A DNA stretch of 64,000 nt from Cetorhinus maximus. Its lineage: Eukaryota. The stretch is from NCBI RefSeq assembly GCF_964194155.1, contig NC_135896.1, positions 99,138,001 to 99,202,000 on the forward strand, read 5' to 3'. Positions 1 through 12,760 of the stretch are shown here, one piece after another (positions within the stretch are counted from its first letter, which is position 1; every line of letters begins with the position of its first letter). The notes below the pieces were generated by a model. It was not told the origin of the DNA. It did not search any database and worked only from the letters and a program-made list of their open reading frames with translations. A program made the translations under genes and the position numbers.

Positions 1-619
1 ACTTCCCCTTTCTTATGCAATGAGCTGGAGGATTTCAATGAATTTCTTCACAGTGTCTTTTGTGGTGTCACAGCCATCCTGATGTCATTGCAGTGTAAGC
101 AGAGTTTTATTCCAACAGTTGCTTATTCACATTGTTTTTTTTTATATATAATGGGGAAGTTATTGAGGCACAGCACAGGACTCCACTGAACCTTTTGTGT
201 CTGTCCTAACTGCAGGAGAAATCCAAAACAAGTCACTGCACCCTTCTTTCTCCACAGAGCCTTGTATCTTCCTTTACTTCCCCGGCAGGAAATAGAAAAA
301 ACATGAAACCTCATCCACCGGCATAAAATGGCGACGGGGCCCACTTCTCCGGTGGGGATTGGCTCCCCGCCCGCCGGAGATTGGGTCGGGCCCGCCCACC
401 CAGAAGGCAGAAAATTCTGCCCCCAATTTTTTTCCTCCTTGAATAGAGGGACTGCATTGACTTCCATCTGGTCCCATGACCTTCTTTGCATTATGTAAGG
501 AGGATTGAAAAGTTGTGGCCAGCATCTCTGCTGACTCCCCTCTGCTTCCGACAGCCTCAGATACATCAACTCCACTAATGTTTCAGAATGAACATTGTTT
601 CTACAGTTACTCCTAACAA

Positions 620-1200
620 TTGCTCTGTACCTTTCTCTATTAGATCTTATATTCTCATCCCGCCTTCATTTGTAAAAGCTGTTATAAAATGTTTACTTGG
701 TGTCACTTCCATATCTTCATTCAGCACAACTGAATTCCTTGCTCACCCCTGAGTGATCCAACATGCTAACAAAAAAAAACCCCTTACTGTTTCTTTTTAA
801 ATGATCTGCTGGCATCTTTGTAAAGTTCCCTTTGGCCTTTCTAACCACCCTTTTCACCTCACACTACAGTTTCAACAGTTGTGATTAGTACTGATGAACC
901 TCGCTCAAGTCTCTCCTTAGTTTTCATCTCTATTTATACCTGGAAATTTATCCTCTTGCCTCTTAGGAACATATCTTTTCACAACTCACATTTGAAGATT
1001 TCTCCACTGCTGATCTGTCATTTCTATTTGTTGATTTGGGCCAGATCTTTCGTTATTGCAATGAAACTTGGCCCTTTTCCAGTCTCACACCCTCCGGTTT
1101 TATATTTTATTGTCTTGTCCAATTTTCACATTGAACTGAACTGTCTTGTGAGCTTTATTCCCAATTGTTCTCCCGCTCTCTAATCAGTCCTTTGTCCTAC
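620..1200 (-). mobile_element. Degenerate CR1-type LINE fragment
   Basis: Minus strand is purine-rich and resembles CR1 ORF2; no intact ORF; boundaries approximate. Confidence 0.35.
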
Positions 1201-1224
1201 TTCATTTCCCAACATTAAAGTAAG

Positions 1225-1848
1225 CAACAAAAACAAAAATACCTGGAAAAACTCAGCAGGTCTGACAGCATCTGCGGAGAGGGATACAGTTGATGTTTCG
1301 AGTCCGTATGACCCTTCATCAGAACTAAGACATGTAGAAATGAGATGAAATATAAGCTGGTAGAAGGGGGTGGGACAGGAGAGCTCGATAGGGGGCCAGT
1401 GATAGGTGGATGCCAAGAAGAGACTGTCAAAGATGTCATAGACGAAAGGACAAACGTGTGTTGACGGTGGTGATATTATCTAAAGGATGTGCTAATGGGG
1501 ACATTAAGGGAAGTAAGCTAGTGGCAGATGGCCCTAGTGAGGGTGGGGTGGGGGGAAGGAATCGAAAAGGGCTAAAAGGTGGAGATGAAACAATAGATTG
1601 AAATAAATTTAAAAATAGGAGGGAAAAGAAAAAAATATAGTTGTAAAAAAAAGTTATAAATTATTGGAAAAAGGGGGATCAGAAAGGGGGTGGGGATGGA
1701 GGAGAGAGTTCATGATCTGAAATTGTTGAACTCAATATTCAGTCCGGAAGGCTGTAAAGTGCCTAGTCGGAAGATGAGGTGCTGCTCCTCCAGTTTGCGT
1801 TGAGCTTCACTGGAACAATGCAGCAGGCCAAGGACGGACATGTGGGCA
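1225..1848 (-). mobile_element. Penelope-like element 3' end (GIY-YIG C-terminus plus pseudo-LTR tail)
   Basis: AHMSVLGLLHCSSEAQRKLEEQHLIFRLGTLQPSGLNIEFNNFRS is nearly identical to the end of the 37483-37983 ORF, and the 3' tail is shared. Confidence 0.88.
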
Positions 1849-2014
1849 TTTTTAAAAATTAAAATAAGCAATGTCATGTGACATATTAAGTCATCCACCT
1901 GACTGTTCTAGCACTGATTCTCGTGGCAGTCTGCACATCACACATTGGACTTATCAGCCATTTCAGAACCCATTGAACTGGAGTGGAAGCATGCCCTCCT
2001 CGATCCTGAGGGAT

Positions 2015-2950
2015 TGCAACTAAATATTGGGAAGACCAAAGTCACTGGGCAGGATTCTCCGGCCCTTCCCACTGGTGGCATCTTCCGGTCCTGCCGAAGT
2101 CAACAGACATTTGACTAGCTCGCCATACCTGCCATTGCAGAGACCAGCTGCAGCGGGGCCGAAAATCCAAGCCATTGTCTTTGGTCCCAGCCACAAATTT
2201 CACTCCCCAGACCCCAGACACTGACTCCATCCTTCCCTGGCAATTAACCTGAGGCTGAACCAGGCTTTTCACAACTTTGGTTTCACATTTGACCCTGGGA
2301 TGAGCTTCTGACCGCACATCCGTGCCGTCATAAAGTCTGCCTAATTCCATCTCTGTGACACCGCCCAACTCCGCCCTGCCTCAGCTCTTCTGCTGCTGAA
2401 ACCCTCATCCGTGTCTTTTGCGACCTCAGGATGTGACTGTTCCATCACACTCCTGATCAGTCTCCCACACTCCACTCTTGAGGTCACCGAAAACTCTGTT
2501 GCCTTTATCTTAACTTCCACCAAGTTCTGTTCACCTATCAGCCCTGAGTTCAAAGACCTCCACTGGCCTGCATGACTTGATTTTAAAATTCTCATCCTTG
2601 CTTTCAACGCCCTCCCCCACTTTGCAATCTCTGTAAGCCCCTCCAGTCCTACAACCCTACGACATATCTGTGATAATCTAATTCTGGCCTCCTGGGAATT
2701 CGCGATTTTAATTGCAGTATCATTGGCAACTGTGCCTTCAGCTCTCTAGGCCCTAAGCTCTGGAATTCTCTCCCCACAGCTCTCTGCCTCACTCCCTCTC
2801 TTTCTTAAGGTGATCCTTAAAACCTACCTTTTGGTCATCTGTCCTAATATCTCCTTTTAGGGCTTGGGCTTGGTGTCAAATATGGTTTGATAATGCTCCT
2901 GGGATGTTTTTGCTGCATTAAGATGCTATAGAAATACAAGTAGTCATTAT
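2015..2950 (+). mobile_element. L2-type LINE 3' fragment interrupted by a MITE
   Basis: caactaaatattgggaagacc (QLNIGKT) ... ctccactgg (LHW) ... ctctggaattctctccc. Homologous to 50210-50960 on the other strand. Confidence 0.7.
2047..2173. mobile_element. Palindromic MITE (Harbinger-type ends) inside the L2 fragment
   Basis: Ends gggcaggattctccggccc ... ggggccgaaaatccaagcc are flanked by act/att; removing it rejoins the L2 sequence. Confidence 0.6.
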
Positions 2951-3456
2951 TATTGTAGTCAAGCACCCTGGGACATCTCTTTGATGGTCGAGCCACTTTA
3001 GAAATGAAGTTATAGTTGTTGATTATGAAGTATTTAAAAATATTTTTCATCACTCAACCCACTTCTAGAGGATAAACTACATGGCTTAGATATTTTGAAA
3101 GGAGATCCTCTGCTGAGACCTTTTGTTGAGAGCAATTGCTGTTTGGTCACCAGGCATTTTAAAAGCTGTCAAAAGATGCATTGTTTAAAATGCAAATTGC
3201 ACTCTGTTAATAACATGTGTTCATATGTCAGCTAAAAAAGTGTTGGTGAGGGTGTTTGTAGTTGAAAAAGTCGCTTTGTGATGTCACTTTGTCATGTCAC
3301 TTTGTCACTGTGACATCCTTACCTGTGGAAAAATTATTTCTTGTGCCATTTGTAAATTGTCACATGAGGGTTAGCAGTAAATTCGCCTGCTCTTTCAGTG
3401 AATTTTTTTTAAAAATTGACGTTTCTGAACTTTTAATTACTCACTTTTCCAAACAG

Positions 3457-3581
3457 TGTCCAGCTTTGCGTGCTGCTAAATTACCGGAAAGGAAGTGACC
3501 CCAAAGTTTCAACAAAGGAACACTGCAGGCATCGCGGCCTTTGATACTTATTACTTAAACACGTTATTTAGTCCGTCAAAG
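3457..3581 (+). other. Candidate non-coding 5' exon / promoter of microprotein gene A
   Basis: Donor AAG|GTAACG at 3582. ETS-like ccggaa/ggaagt motifs at about 3484-3497 and some local CpGs. No ATG in the frame that would join the coding exon. Confidence 0.3.
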
Positions 3582-4984
3582 GTAACGTTATATTTTTTTT
3601 ATTAAATTGGAAACCTTACCGTAAGACGTATCAATGTTGGTGGATGTTTCATTGTCAATAATGTAGGGTTTTTAAAAAGCTAGTTTACACAGTTTAGTTG
3701 AGTCGTGTGTTAAAGCTTATAGCTTCTTGCTTGAGAAGTTTTAGGTGGCAATGGAGGTTCAAATTTACAACAACGTGTGGGTGGGGGCAGATTTAATCAT
3801 GGCTTTTAATAGGGAGCTGGATAAGCCTCTTAAGAGAGAGGAAATCTGCAGGGCCACAAGGGGAAAGGGGAAAGGGCAGCAGAGTGGAACTGGCTGATTT
3901 GTTCTTGCAGGGAGCTGATACAAGCCTGATGGGCTGAATGGCTTCCTTCTGTGCTGTAACCATTCTATGATTCTAGAATGTGCTCAGTGGATTCTACGCC
4001 AGTCAGTGAAGTAACACAGGTTGGTCAAATATTGCTGACCTGACAATAGGGCAGCAAAATAATTGAACAAAAATTAGAGGAGGGGAGAGTGATGCAGCAA
4101 GAGTTTATTTAAAAATTCTAAACCTTTCCTATTAATTAATAAGCATTCTCTCCTTTGATCGTTTAACTACAGGGCCTCAGCAGGAAAAAACAGAGGAGTG
4201 AAGGCTTTGGTAGAAAACATTTTTAAAATAAGCACTGGTTGGAAGAACCTTTTCCCAGTGTTTTTAACATTCAAAAAACTGTTCTTAGTTGCAGTCCCAT
4301 TTAAATAGAGTAATGCACAGCTATGAATGACGCAGCATTAATTACTAGAAATGTGCACAGGACCAGCAACAAAATATTTTAGCTTCCATTTTTAAAATTG
4401 CAATTTTAAATAATGTTTTGAAAATAAACACAGGATTTATGTGAGGAGTGACTTCATTACCTTGCATTATGATGTCACATGGCACCATTGAACTTGAATT
4501 TTGCCTTGAAAACTTGTAAAAAGACATTTTTATTTGCTTTAACACAAAAATGCATACTAAGTAGCTGATGGTGAATGGAAAATATATCAATAATAATACA
4601 AAATGATTTCCCCAAATACCTTTCCTAATTAGTCATAAGGACTATATATAAACATTGTATCACCACTGAATTATCACTTCAAATATTACTTTTTTGATGT
4701 TCTGCAATGTGCTGGCATAATGCTGAATAGTGAAATCACTGGAATTGATGGCAGTGAGTGTTTATGGGATATTGAGTCACTCGCATCTATGTTGTCCATC
4801 CACCATAATTATTTAGTATGTACCATAAATTATAGAGTATTTGTATAAGGAACAATGTTTGTGTAATTGTTTAATGCATCATGCATTGCATGGTAACTGT
4901 AGTGTACTCTTTAAACAATTTCTGTTTTCCTCACTCCAGTATTTGGAATTCACCCAGATCCAGTCTATCAATCTTCAGAGCAAC

Positions 4985-5203
4985 ATGGCTAGCTGTGCGG
5001 AACTTATGTGGTCCCTTTTCTGGCTTATTGTGCTGTTCTTTATAGGCTGGCCACTCAGTATATTCTTTGGGGGAATCTACGGGTTTTTATCACCTCTGAC
5101 TACCTGTGTTGGACTGGATCAGGTCACCGATGTCCTTCTACAAGGTGCAAATCTGGGCCGAACCTGTGCTGAGAATATGAGATCAAGCAAAGCTCTCTGC
5201 TAA
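4985..5203 (+). CDS. Uncharacterised 72-aa hydrophobic membrane microprotein, paralog A (MASCAELMWSLFWLIVLFFIGWPLSIFFGGIYGFLSPL...KALC)
   Basis: ATG in strong Kozak context (aacATGg). Splice acceptor ttttcctcactccag ends at 4939; AATAAA at 5480. Ungapped 44/72 identity to the ORF at 15440, with the same length and an intact frame. Confidence 0.82.
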   Translation: MASCAELMWSLFWLIVLFFIGWPLSIFFGGIYGFLSPLTTCVGLDQVTDVLLQGANLGRTCAENMRSSKALC

Positions 5204-6804
5204 AAATCAAATGGATGGCTGCTACCCTTTCAGCAACAAAGAAACATTACCACAACTGTGAGCTTTCCACTTCACCACAACTGTGAGCTTTCCACTTCAC
5301 CACTTAGATTCCTGCCGATCACTCCATTTAAAACAAATAGTCACAGAACTTTTCATTTCCTTTCTAACCTTAACCAGTGGCTACAGATTTGTTTTAGCCC
5401 TTTTACAGCAGCTCTAGTGGAATTATACCTTTAGAATGAAAACAAATATATTTTAAATGACTTGCAATTAAAATGCTGCAATAAATGACCATCCTCTCAC
5501 ATTTTTCAAAACATAGTTTCAATATTTATTTAAAATTCTAATTTATAGAAATACCCCAACTTACTGTTTACAAGAATCTATGGTCAGAATCTGCAGAAAG
5601 AAAATCTCATGTGCCCTAGATTCACACAACGCTGAAGGTACACAGGGACTATGTACTGTGGTGGTGAATTATCAGAAAATAAATGTCTAGTAATATCAGC
5701 AAGGAGAGCATGAAATAAACCATATGAGGAGTGCTTCACTTACTGTAATGCAACACTTCTTGATGTATTCTGCTTATTGTACATGTTATGTTTTTCTAAG
5801 TGGGCATTTGTTAAATGTAAAATCAAGTTATCAGCATTTCTTTCCTTTAGACAGAGATTGTGGCTTAATATATTTACTATAAGTGACAATGCAACGTCAT
5901 AGGTGCTCACACTGTCCTTTTACCCTGGGGATGAGTTTTCAGGCCAGGCCTACCCGGATGGATGGAATGAGACATTTCCTTGTGTTTTTTAGTTGTATGG
6001 TCCTACAGGAAGTGAGATTAGACAGTCTATGCAGCTCCTGGTGCTTTTCAATCCTCATTGTAAAACTATACACAGATGTCCACCTAATCGGCACTTTCTC
6101 TTAGAGAGGTCATAACATTTGCTAGTTTTGATAAGAGTAAAATTTACACTGGTGTAGAAAGGAGAGCCAGGAAACAGTTGTGTGGAGTTTACTCTGTACT
6201 ACAAATGTTCAAAGTTTTCAAATGGGTTGCATGGGTACAAATCGCAAGGGTTGCATAGTGGGCAGGAAATTGGGCTCGTTAGTGCAAGTTTATAGAGCTT
6301 CAAATGGCAAGCACTGTGCGTGTGCACACTTGTGGGATGAATTGCACTGGATACCATATTGATGAGGTGCACACAGTGAATGTCCACCACAAGTACGCAG
6401 AGCAGGCAGACCGTGACATCCATCAGTGTGCCATTTTGGAGCTCGACACTCTAACTAATGCCCTCACTTAATCTTGCAAAGCTGAACATGTGATCAGCAT
6501 CAGGAAGGATCATATCAATGCTGGTTAACAACTTCATCAACTAGTTGCTGGGTGATTTCTTCTGGCTGTTGCTATGGTTCTACAGGTGCCTGTTACTTGT
6601 TACTGTTTAAAGGTGCAAAAGCTTACAAGGGGTGGTGTGTGAGTTGCTGAAGGACTTTTTGTTGACTTCAAGGCTTCTGCACAAACTAGCTGCTCTGAGA
6701 CATGGGAGCAGTAGTCTAAATCCTCCTTGGACTACAGCATGATGGGCAGAATAAGCAGAGGTGACACAGAGCAGGACAAACTGCTGGAAGAGGGAGGAGG
6801 AGGA

Positions 6805-7140
6805 GCCATATCCACCCAGCCTCACTAGGAGGCCATATCCACCCAGCCTCACTAGGAGGCCATATCCACCCAGCCTCACTAGGAGGCCATATCCACCCAG
6901 CCTCACTAGGAGGCCATATCCACCCAGCCTCACTAGGAGGCCATATCCACCCAGCCTCACTAGGAGGCCATATCCACCCAGCCTCACTAGGAGGCCATAT
7001 CCACCCAGCCTCACTAGGAGGCCATATCCACCCAGCCTCACTAGGAGGCCATATCCACCCAGCCTCACTAGGAGGCCATATCCACCCAGCCTCACTAGGA
7101 GGCCATATCCACCCAGCCTCACTAGGAGGCCATATCCACC
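6805..7140 (+). repeat. 27-bp minisatellite (gccatatccacccagcctcactaggag), about 12.4 copies
   Basis: Perfect tandem units with starts every 27 nt from 6805 to 7129. Confidence 0.97.
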
Positions 7141-7867
7141 TAGAGTATTCGGCGAGCTGTTCCTCTACCTGAACCTCAGTGCGAAACAAGGTGTGAGACA
7201 CCTAATCTTCAGTAAGGATATCCTCATTGACATTACCATCTCCTCCAATCACAACTGCGACCTCAGAGCAGGGCAAAGACTGTATTACCAGTGGTTGTGA
7301 AAGGTGATTGTGGTGATGAACTTTCATGCACCTGATTCCTTCCAGGTTGGAGCTGGAGATATTAGCAACATCTCGCAGTTTACATTATTGCAAAGGGAGG
7401 TCACTGAGACTCTCTATTCAAAGTGAGCTAATTACATTCCATTCTTTCTTACCAGAGTGAAGCAAGGGAATCGAGCACATGGCTTCACTAATATTACTGG
7501 CTTCTCCACAGTGCCGGGTGCCATTGACTGCACTCACATCACTTTAGCAGGCACTGCATGCCAATGCTGCCCTGTACCAGAAGAAAGGGATTCCACTCCC
7601 TCAGTATCCAGCTGGTGTTTAACTATGGACAGAGAATCATGCAGGTCAGTGTCCGATATCCTGGCAGCAGCCATGACGTCTTCGTTCTGTGGCAGTCCGC
7701 TGTGCCAGATGCAAATGAGCCACCATGGCAAACCAAAGGGTAGCAACTGGACAACAAGGGCTATCCACTGGCAATCTGGCTCATGACTCTGCTTTGCAAC
7801 CCACACACACACGTGGGCGCAATATGGAAACAATGAAAGCCATGCTGCCATATGAAATGTGATAAAG

Positions 7868-9973
7868 CAGTGGTTGTCAGCTGAGGATCCACTGACCCCT
7901 AGGGGTCTGCAAGAAGATTTCAAGGGGTCAGTCATAAATAAACCCTGGAATGAAAAAAAAATCAGATTTTAACCAAGGGGAAAAAACACCATCGTTGGAA
8001 GGTGGGATCGCGCTGAGCAGACAGGTGGCTCTGATCCTGACTCAGACCTTTCCTGTTTCCTGAACATTTGTGAAGTGACATTGACAACAGCTGCTGAGCT
8101 GCAGGCTTCCCGCTCACTGAGAAGGGAGAGAATTGGTGCTCACTGGTCACCAGGTGCAGACCCCTGGCTCAAACCTCTTGTCCGCTGGTTTCACTGTATA
8201 TTTTGTCGCCCCGCCCCCCCCCACGACATTCACTCCCACCCCAGGCTTAACTGGAACAATTGCTCTTCTACCTTTACTCCCCTGAATCCTCTCACTGCCA
8301 TTCGTCACCAACAGGGACTGTAGCCCATTCAGCTCATGTATTCTGTCACGTTTGAAATCAGCCAATGGTGGCTCTGGGCACCCTGTGTACGTTGGTTCTA
8401 TTTCAGGTTTGAATTTACCTTGTCCTGTTTTTGTTAATCTCAGTCTCAACTGTCAACCAAATAGAGCAGGGCCAAAGAGGCGTGGTGACCACTGCAAGTA
8501 GGAAAAGAGCTGCTGAGGTCAACAGTGAGTTGATGTATTTGTGGAGGAAGTACATTGAAATATGTTAACATCAGGAAACTATTAGGATAGGTATGACCAG
8601 CAAAACTGACCGATTGTAAACTTACTTAAATATTCTAAATATTTACATTTTTCCTGCCATGTTCTCTTCTGTTGCTGTCAGTGTTGAGGCAGGCGGCAGT
8701 ATAGCTACAGGGCCAGGAAGTTTTGGCAGTAGCAGGAATCCTGCCACAGGGGCCAAAAGCAGGAGGTGGGGTAACACTGCTTCGGAGGGCAATGATACCT
8801 AGGCAAGAACAAACTAAGGGGCAGCCACCAGACCTGCCATCCAATTCATCCAACTGAGGACAGTGCCTCCCCCACCCCACCACGGCACCCCACCTCTGCA
8901 CCCCACCCCCATACCCCACCACCGCACACCACCACCGCACCCCACCACCGCATCCCACCTCCGCACCCCACCTCCGCACCCCACCCCCATACCCCACCAC
9001 CGCACCCCACCACCGTACCCCACCTCCGCACCCCACCTCCGCACCCCACCCCCATACCCCACCACCGCACCCCACCACTGCACCCCACCACCGTACCCCA
9101 CCTCCGCACCCCACCTCCGCACCCCACCCCCATACCCCACCACCGCACCCCACCACCGCACCCCACCACCGCACCCCACCTCCGCACCCCACCTCCGCAC
9201 CCCACCCCCATACCCCACCTCCGCACCCCACCCCCATACCCCACACCGCACCCCACACCGCACCCCACCACCGTACCCCACCACCGCACCCCACCTCCGC
9301 ACCCCACCACCGCACCCCACCACCGCACCCCACCTCCCTCGGAGCTGCAGACCTAATGAGAGGCCCAGCAGCGCCACTGGTGCCAGTGGCCATTACAGGA
9401 GCTGCACCCACAGGATGAGTGTGCATTAACGAATGTGTGCAGTCACAGTCAGGTCTGGGGGCCCCCAGGGATGATCAGGCAGCCTCAAGCAAGGTGGGGG
9501 TTTGGGTTGCTGAGGGAAGACAGCTCTGATGCTGTAGAAGCAGCCATTGCCACCAGGGGTCAATGTGGGTCCAAGAGTGCCCAAAAAAGGTGGGCTCCCC
9601 CTCCCACCTCACCGCCAACCCTGGGAATCTGCTGGGAGGCAGCCAGCATTTACTTGTCCCAAATGGCGGAAGAACTTCTACTGATGGTAAAATATCAGCA
9701 GAACAGAGATGGGGAGAGACCCTTAATTGGCCACTTGAGGGTAAAGAGGGAGACTGGGAGTCAGGTCTTCTGTGGTAGGAAACAGGGAGCAGGGTGGATG
9801 TGAGGATCAGGATTTACTGCGGTGCTGGGACAGCAGCAGCAGCGACAGTAACTATGGTGACCGGGAGAAACTCTGACAGAATTCTATGCAGAAAGTACAC
9901 TTGTTACAGAGGGCCTGAGGGATTTGTATAACATGCAAGGGAACCTCAGAAGCAAAAATGTTGAGAACCCCTG
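7868..9973. mobile_element. Non-autonomous hAT-type DNA transposon nested in the Harbinger transposase
   Basis: Termini CAGTGGTTGTCAGC ... GTTGAGAACCCCTG; degenerate 8-bp TSD tgataaag/tgacggag. Confidence 0.75.
8870..9335. repeat. C-rich degenerate minisatellite, about 13-bp unit (ccccacc[t/a]ccgca and variants)
   Basis: Direct inspection; it generates several spurious Pro/His- and Gly/Trp-rich ORFs. Confidence 0.93.
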
Positions 9974-10439
9974 TGACGGAGCAGACCATTGGTGTAATTA
10001 AACAACATTACCCCTGTCCCACTGATCTGGCAGAGCCCTGTGGTATTTGGCAGGATAGGTGTCAATATCGTGGTGGTCTGCTACATACCCACAACCACAT
10101 CCTCCTGAGGGGACAGCACTTGCCACCAGCTGTACAGTGAGTAGCCAAGGAGAGGAGCGTGAGGTAGGAGAGGAGGAGGAGAAGGTAGGGAGGAGGCAAC
10201 CCAGGCAGTTCCTTTCTGCCCTGGCTGTCTGTGAAGAGCACATTAGACCAGGATGCCCATAACCGCATTCACAACTCCTCAATCACCAAACCTTACTGTC
10301 CCTCTGTCACTGACCATCACAGGCTCCACAATGTAAAATACAAGCTGGAAGAAAATAAAAATTCCAAACCAAATTTACAAATGTGACCTTTCCATATTGC
10401 ATACAAAAGTCAAACGTTTACCCGTGTGCACTCCCTTAG

Positions 10440-12193
10440 TGCCTGTCTCCCCTGTGCCTTTGCCTGTCCCAGTGCTTCTACACTGTGCTATCCCAGTGAC
10501 TGCAGCATAGCCGATGGAAGGCTGCTGACCTTCACTGGGGAGACTGCCCTAGAAGGCAAAGATCTGCAACATCTCCGCATGGGCAGCTGTCTGGGATTGT
10601 TAGGTGACACACAAGGACACTGGCAATAGTGGGAGAATGAACACTGTGTCCAAACTGGAGAGCAGGACCCTGCTCCACAGAGCCAGTGATGCTCCCCTGG
10701 AGCTGAGCCTGCCCTCCTGCTGGAGCACAGATTGTTGGCACAGCTGTGACACATTCAAAGGCCTTTTGCACACTGTAATCCACAGCCATGATAGTAGTAA
10801 GCTGACCTTGCATGAGAGCCCTCAGAGTTGGTACTTACAGCACTCAGATGCTGGGTGGCTGTTGCTAATGTGCAATGGAATTTGCAACATTGGCCATCAG
10901 ACACTGTATCATGGTTGGATTCACAAGTGTTCGAAGAGTTGGCTGCCACAACACTGGAAAGGATGGGCTCCATGTTCTGCGCAAAGCCAGTGCCAACTTG
11001 GTGTTGGACTCCTCCAAGCTCCTTGGCAATGACCGCAGGCTCTCTGACAGGTTTCCCAACGCACCAAGAGTTTTGTCCTGCATAACCATTAGCGTTCTTC
11101 TGTAGGTTTCCCCATTGAAGTGCTCATCTGAGTCCACTGTAACACAACCCGTGTACAGCCTCACCCTCTGGCGAGCTGGCACCTTAGCTATCCTTGTCCC
11201 CTGCCTTCAGCCCACTTGTGCCCGGTATCTTAACACGTGTTGGTTCCACCTCTACCCTCCAAGGTAGATGTGGATCAATCAGTGTCAGTGCTTGAGCTGG
11301 TGGCTGTGGGTGTGATATCAAGTAACAGCACTGTGTCTTCATCATCTGTCTTCTTGCTGTTCCTCCACTTCCTGGTTAGGCTACACCTCTTGGTTTTCTG
11401 AAAGGTAAAAGGCAGTACAGGTTGTACTGAGGGGAAGGAAGGAAGTAAAAGGTGTATGCTTACACCATCTACAGCTTATAAATCAGGAGAGGGTGCAGGA
11501 TGAAGGAGAGGTGGGTGTGAGAAGGAGGATTAGGTATGAGGATAGCATTATCTTCAAGGCAGTATGGCCACATCCTCAGCAATGGGTCTCCCAATAATGG
11601 CCAGTACATCTCCCCCATGGAGGTTAGGACATGCAGGTGCACCTGTCCTCCTCCGGTTAGCTCCTCTTGGCTCTGGCTGTGTGACACCTTGTCCGGCAAG
11701 AGACAGGGAAGCGAGTCAGTGAGTAATCTGTTTGACTGATGTGGCTATCATGGTTGAATAGTTGGCAAAGTGTGCAAGCTGGGAGATATGGGTGTGAGGC
11801 TTGCATTGGTGCTAACTATGAGGGTGAAGTGAAGAAAATGGATGTTAGATATGAGTCCTGATTGATGGAGATTGTTGGTAGTTGAGTGATGGGGGATATG
11901 GTGAATTGGGCAGTTTCTGAGGCTGGTAGTGTAGTTGTTAGGATATGGCATTTGAAGATGCATCCACTGACCTTGACCACTCATGTGAGGTCACTGAACT
12001 CTTTGTGACACTATATCCAGGTCCTCAGGGCTTATCCCCGAGCATTGACCCCACCGCTATCTGCCCCCGCTGCTTTTTTTACTGTGTGTCCGGAGGACCT
12101 CTTGACCCTCTGGAGATACAGAACATCTCTCCTTCCTCCCACCGTGGCAACATCTGCAGACCTTGGAACCTGCTCTTTCCCATGTTGTACCAT
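10440..12193 (-). pseudogene. Harbinger Myb/SANT-like DNA-binding gene remnant
   Basis: Minus-strand exon 12193-11972 reads MVQHGKEQVPRSAD...RRDVLY...RTWI*CHKEFSDLT*VVK and ends at donor AAG|GTCAGT. Coiled-coil-like ORF at 10865-11182. Confidence 0.7.
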
Positions 12194-12434
12194 TCGTCAC
12201 TGTTACCTAGATCAGAGTCACTTCCTGTATGACTGCCAGCACCTGCTCCAGCCGCAATGCACCTCCCCTTTAAGAGATGCCGGCTAACTTTAAATAGTGT
12301 AGGCTAGCTTTAAGTGGTGCTAGTGAGTCATGATTTTGCAGCCCTGCTGATGTGTGCAGCCAATGAACAGTGTGGTTAGCACCCACCTACACCCAGCAAC
12401 CATTCAAATGAGCAGGCAGATCTTGTTACGTACG

Positions 12435-12760
12435 AACATATAAACGTACGAATTAGGAGCAGGAGTAGGCCACTCGGCCCCTCGAGCCTGCTCTACCATT
12501 CAATAAGATCGTGGCTGATCTGAATGTAACCTCAACCCCACATTCCTGCCTGCCCCCAATAACCTTTCACCCCCTTGTCTATCAAGAATCTATCTAGCTC
12601 CGCCTTAAAAATATTCAAAGACTCTGCTTCCACCGCCTTTTGAGGAAGAGAGTTCCAAAGACTCAACCCTCTGAGAGAAAAAATTTCTCCTCATCTCTGT
12701 CTTCAATGAGCGACCCCTTATTTTTAAACAGTGACCCCCCTAGTTCTAGATTCTCCCACA
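12435..12760 (-). mobile_element. CR1 LINE 3' end
   Basis: Reverse complement of the CR1 tail at 24200-24420. Confidence 0.8.

Larger units (their letters stand above)
6761..10262 (+). pseudogene. Harbinger (DDE_Tnp_4/HARBI1-like) transposase remnant, frameshifted and interrupted
   Basis: Motifs GAIDCTHI, RKGFHSLSIQLV, RYPGSSHD, DNKGYPL, NESHAA..NVI (7457-7867), resuming as EQTIGVIKQ and HN at about 9980-10100. Confidence 0.85.
6260..12420. mobile_element. Decayed PIF/Harbinger DNA transposon (transposase on +, Myb/SANT gene on -); ends approximate
   Basis: Convergent transposase and Myb-like gene remnants, the two-gene layout typical of Harbinger elements. Confidence 0.78.

Noticed and set aside
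4841-4984. N-terminal extension of the 120-aa ORF in the track
   Set aside because: Starts at TTG and runs through intron sequence up to the acceptor at 4939; the paralog supports the ATG at 4985.
5249-5303. 25-bp direct duplication in the 3' UTR of gene A
   Set aside because: Simple local slippage duplication, absent from paralog B; no evidence of function.
6607-7300. Long repetitive ORFs on both strands; CRISPR-like periodicity
   Set aside because: A head-to-tail 27-bp minisatellite with no unique spacers, in eukaryotic DNA; the ORFs are by-products of the repeat.
8635-9429. Gly/Trp-rich and Pro/His-rich ORFs of 160-263 aa
   Set aside because: Translations of the C-rich minisatellite.
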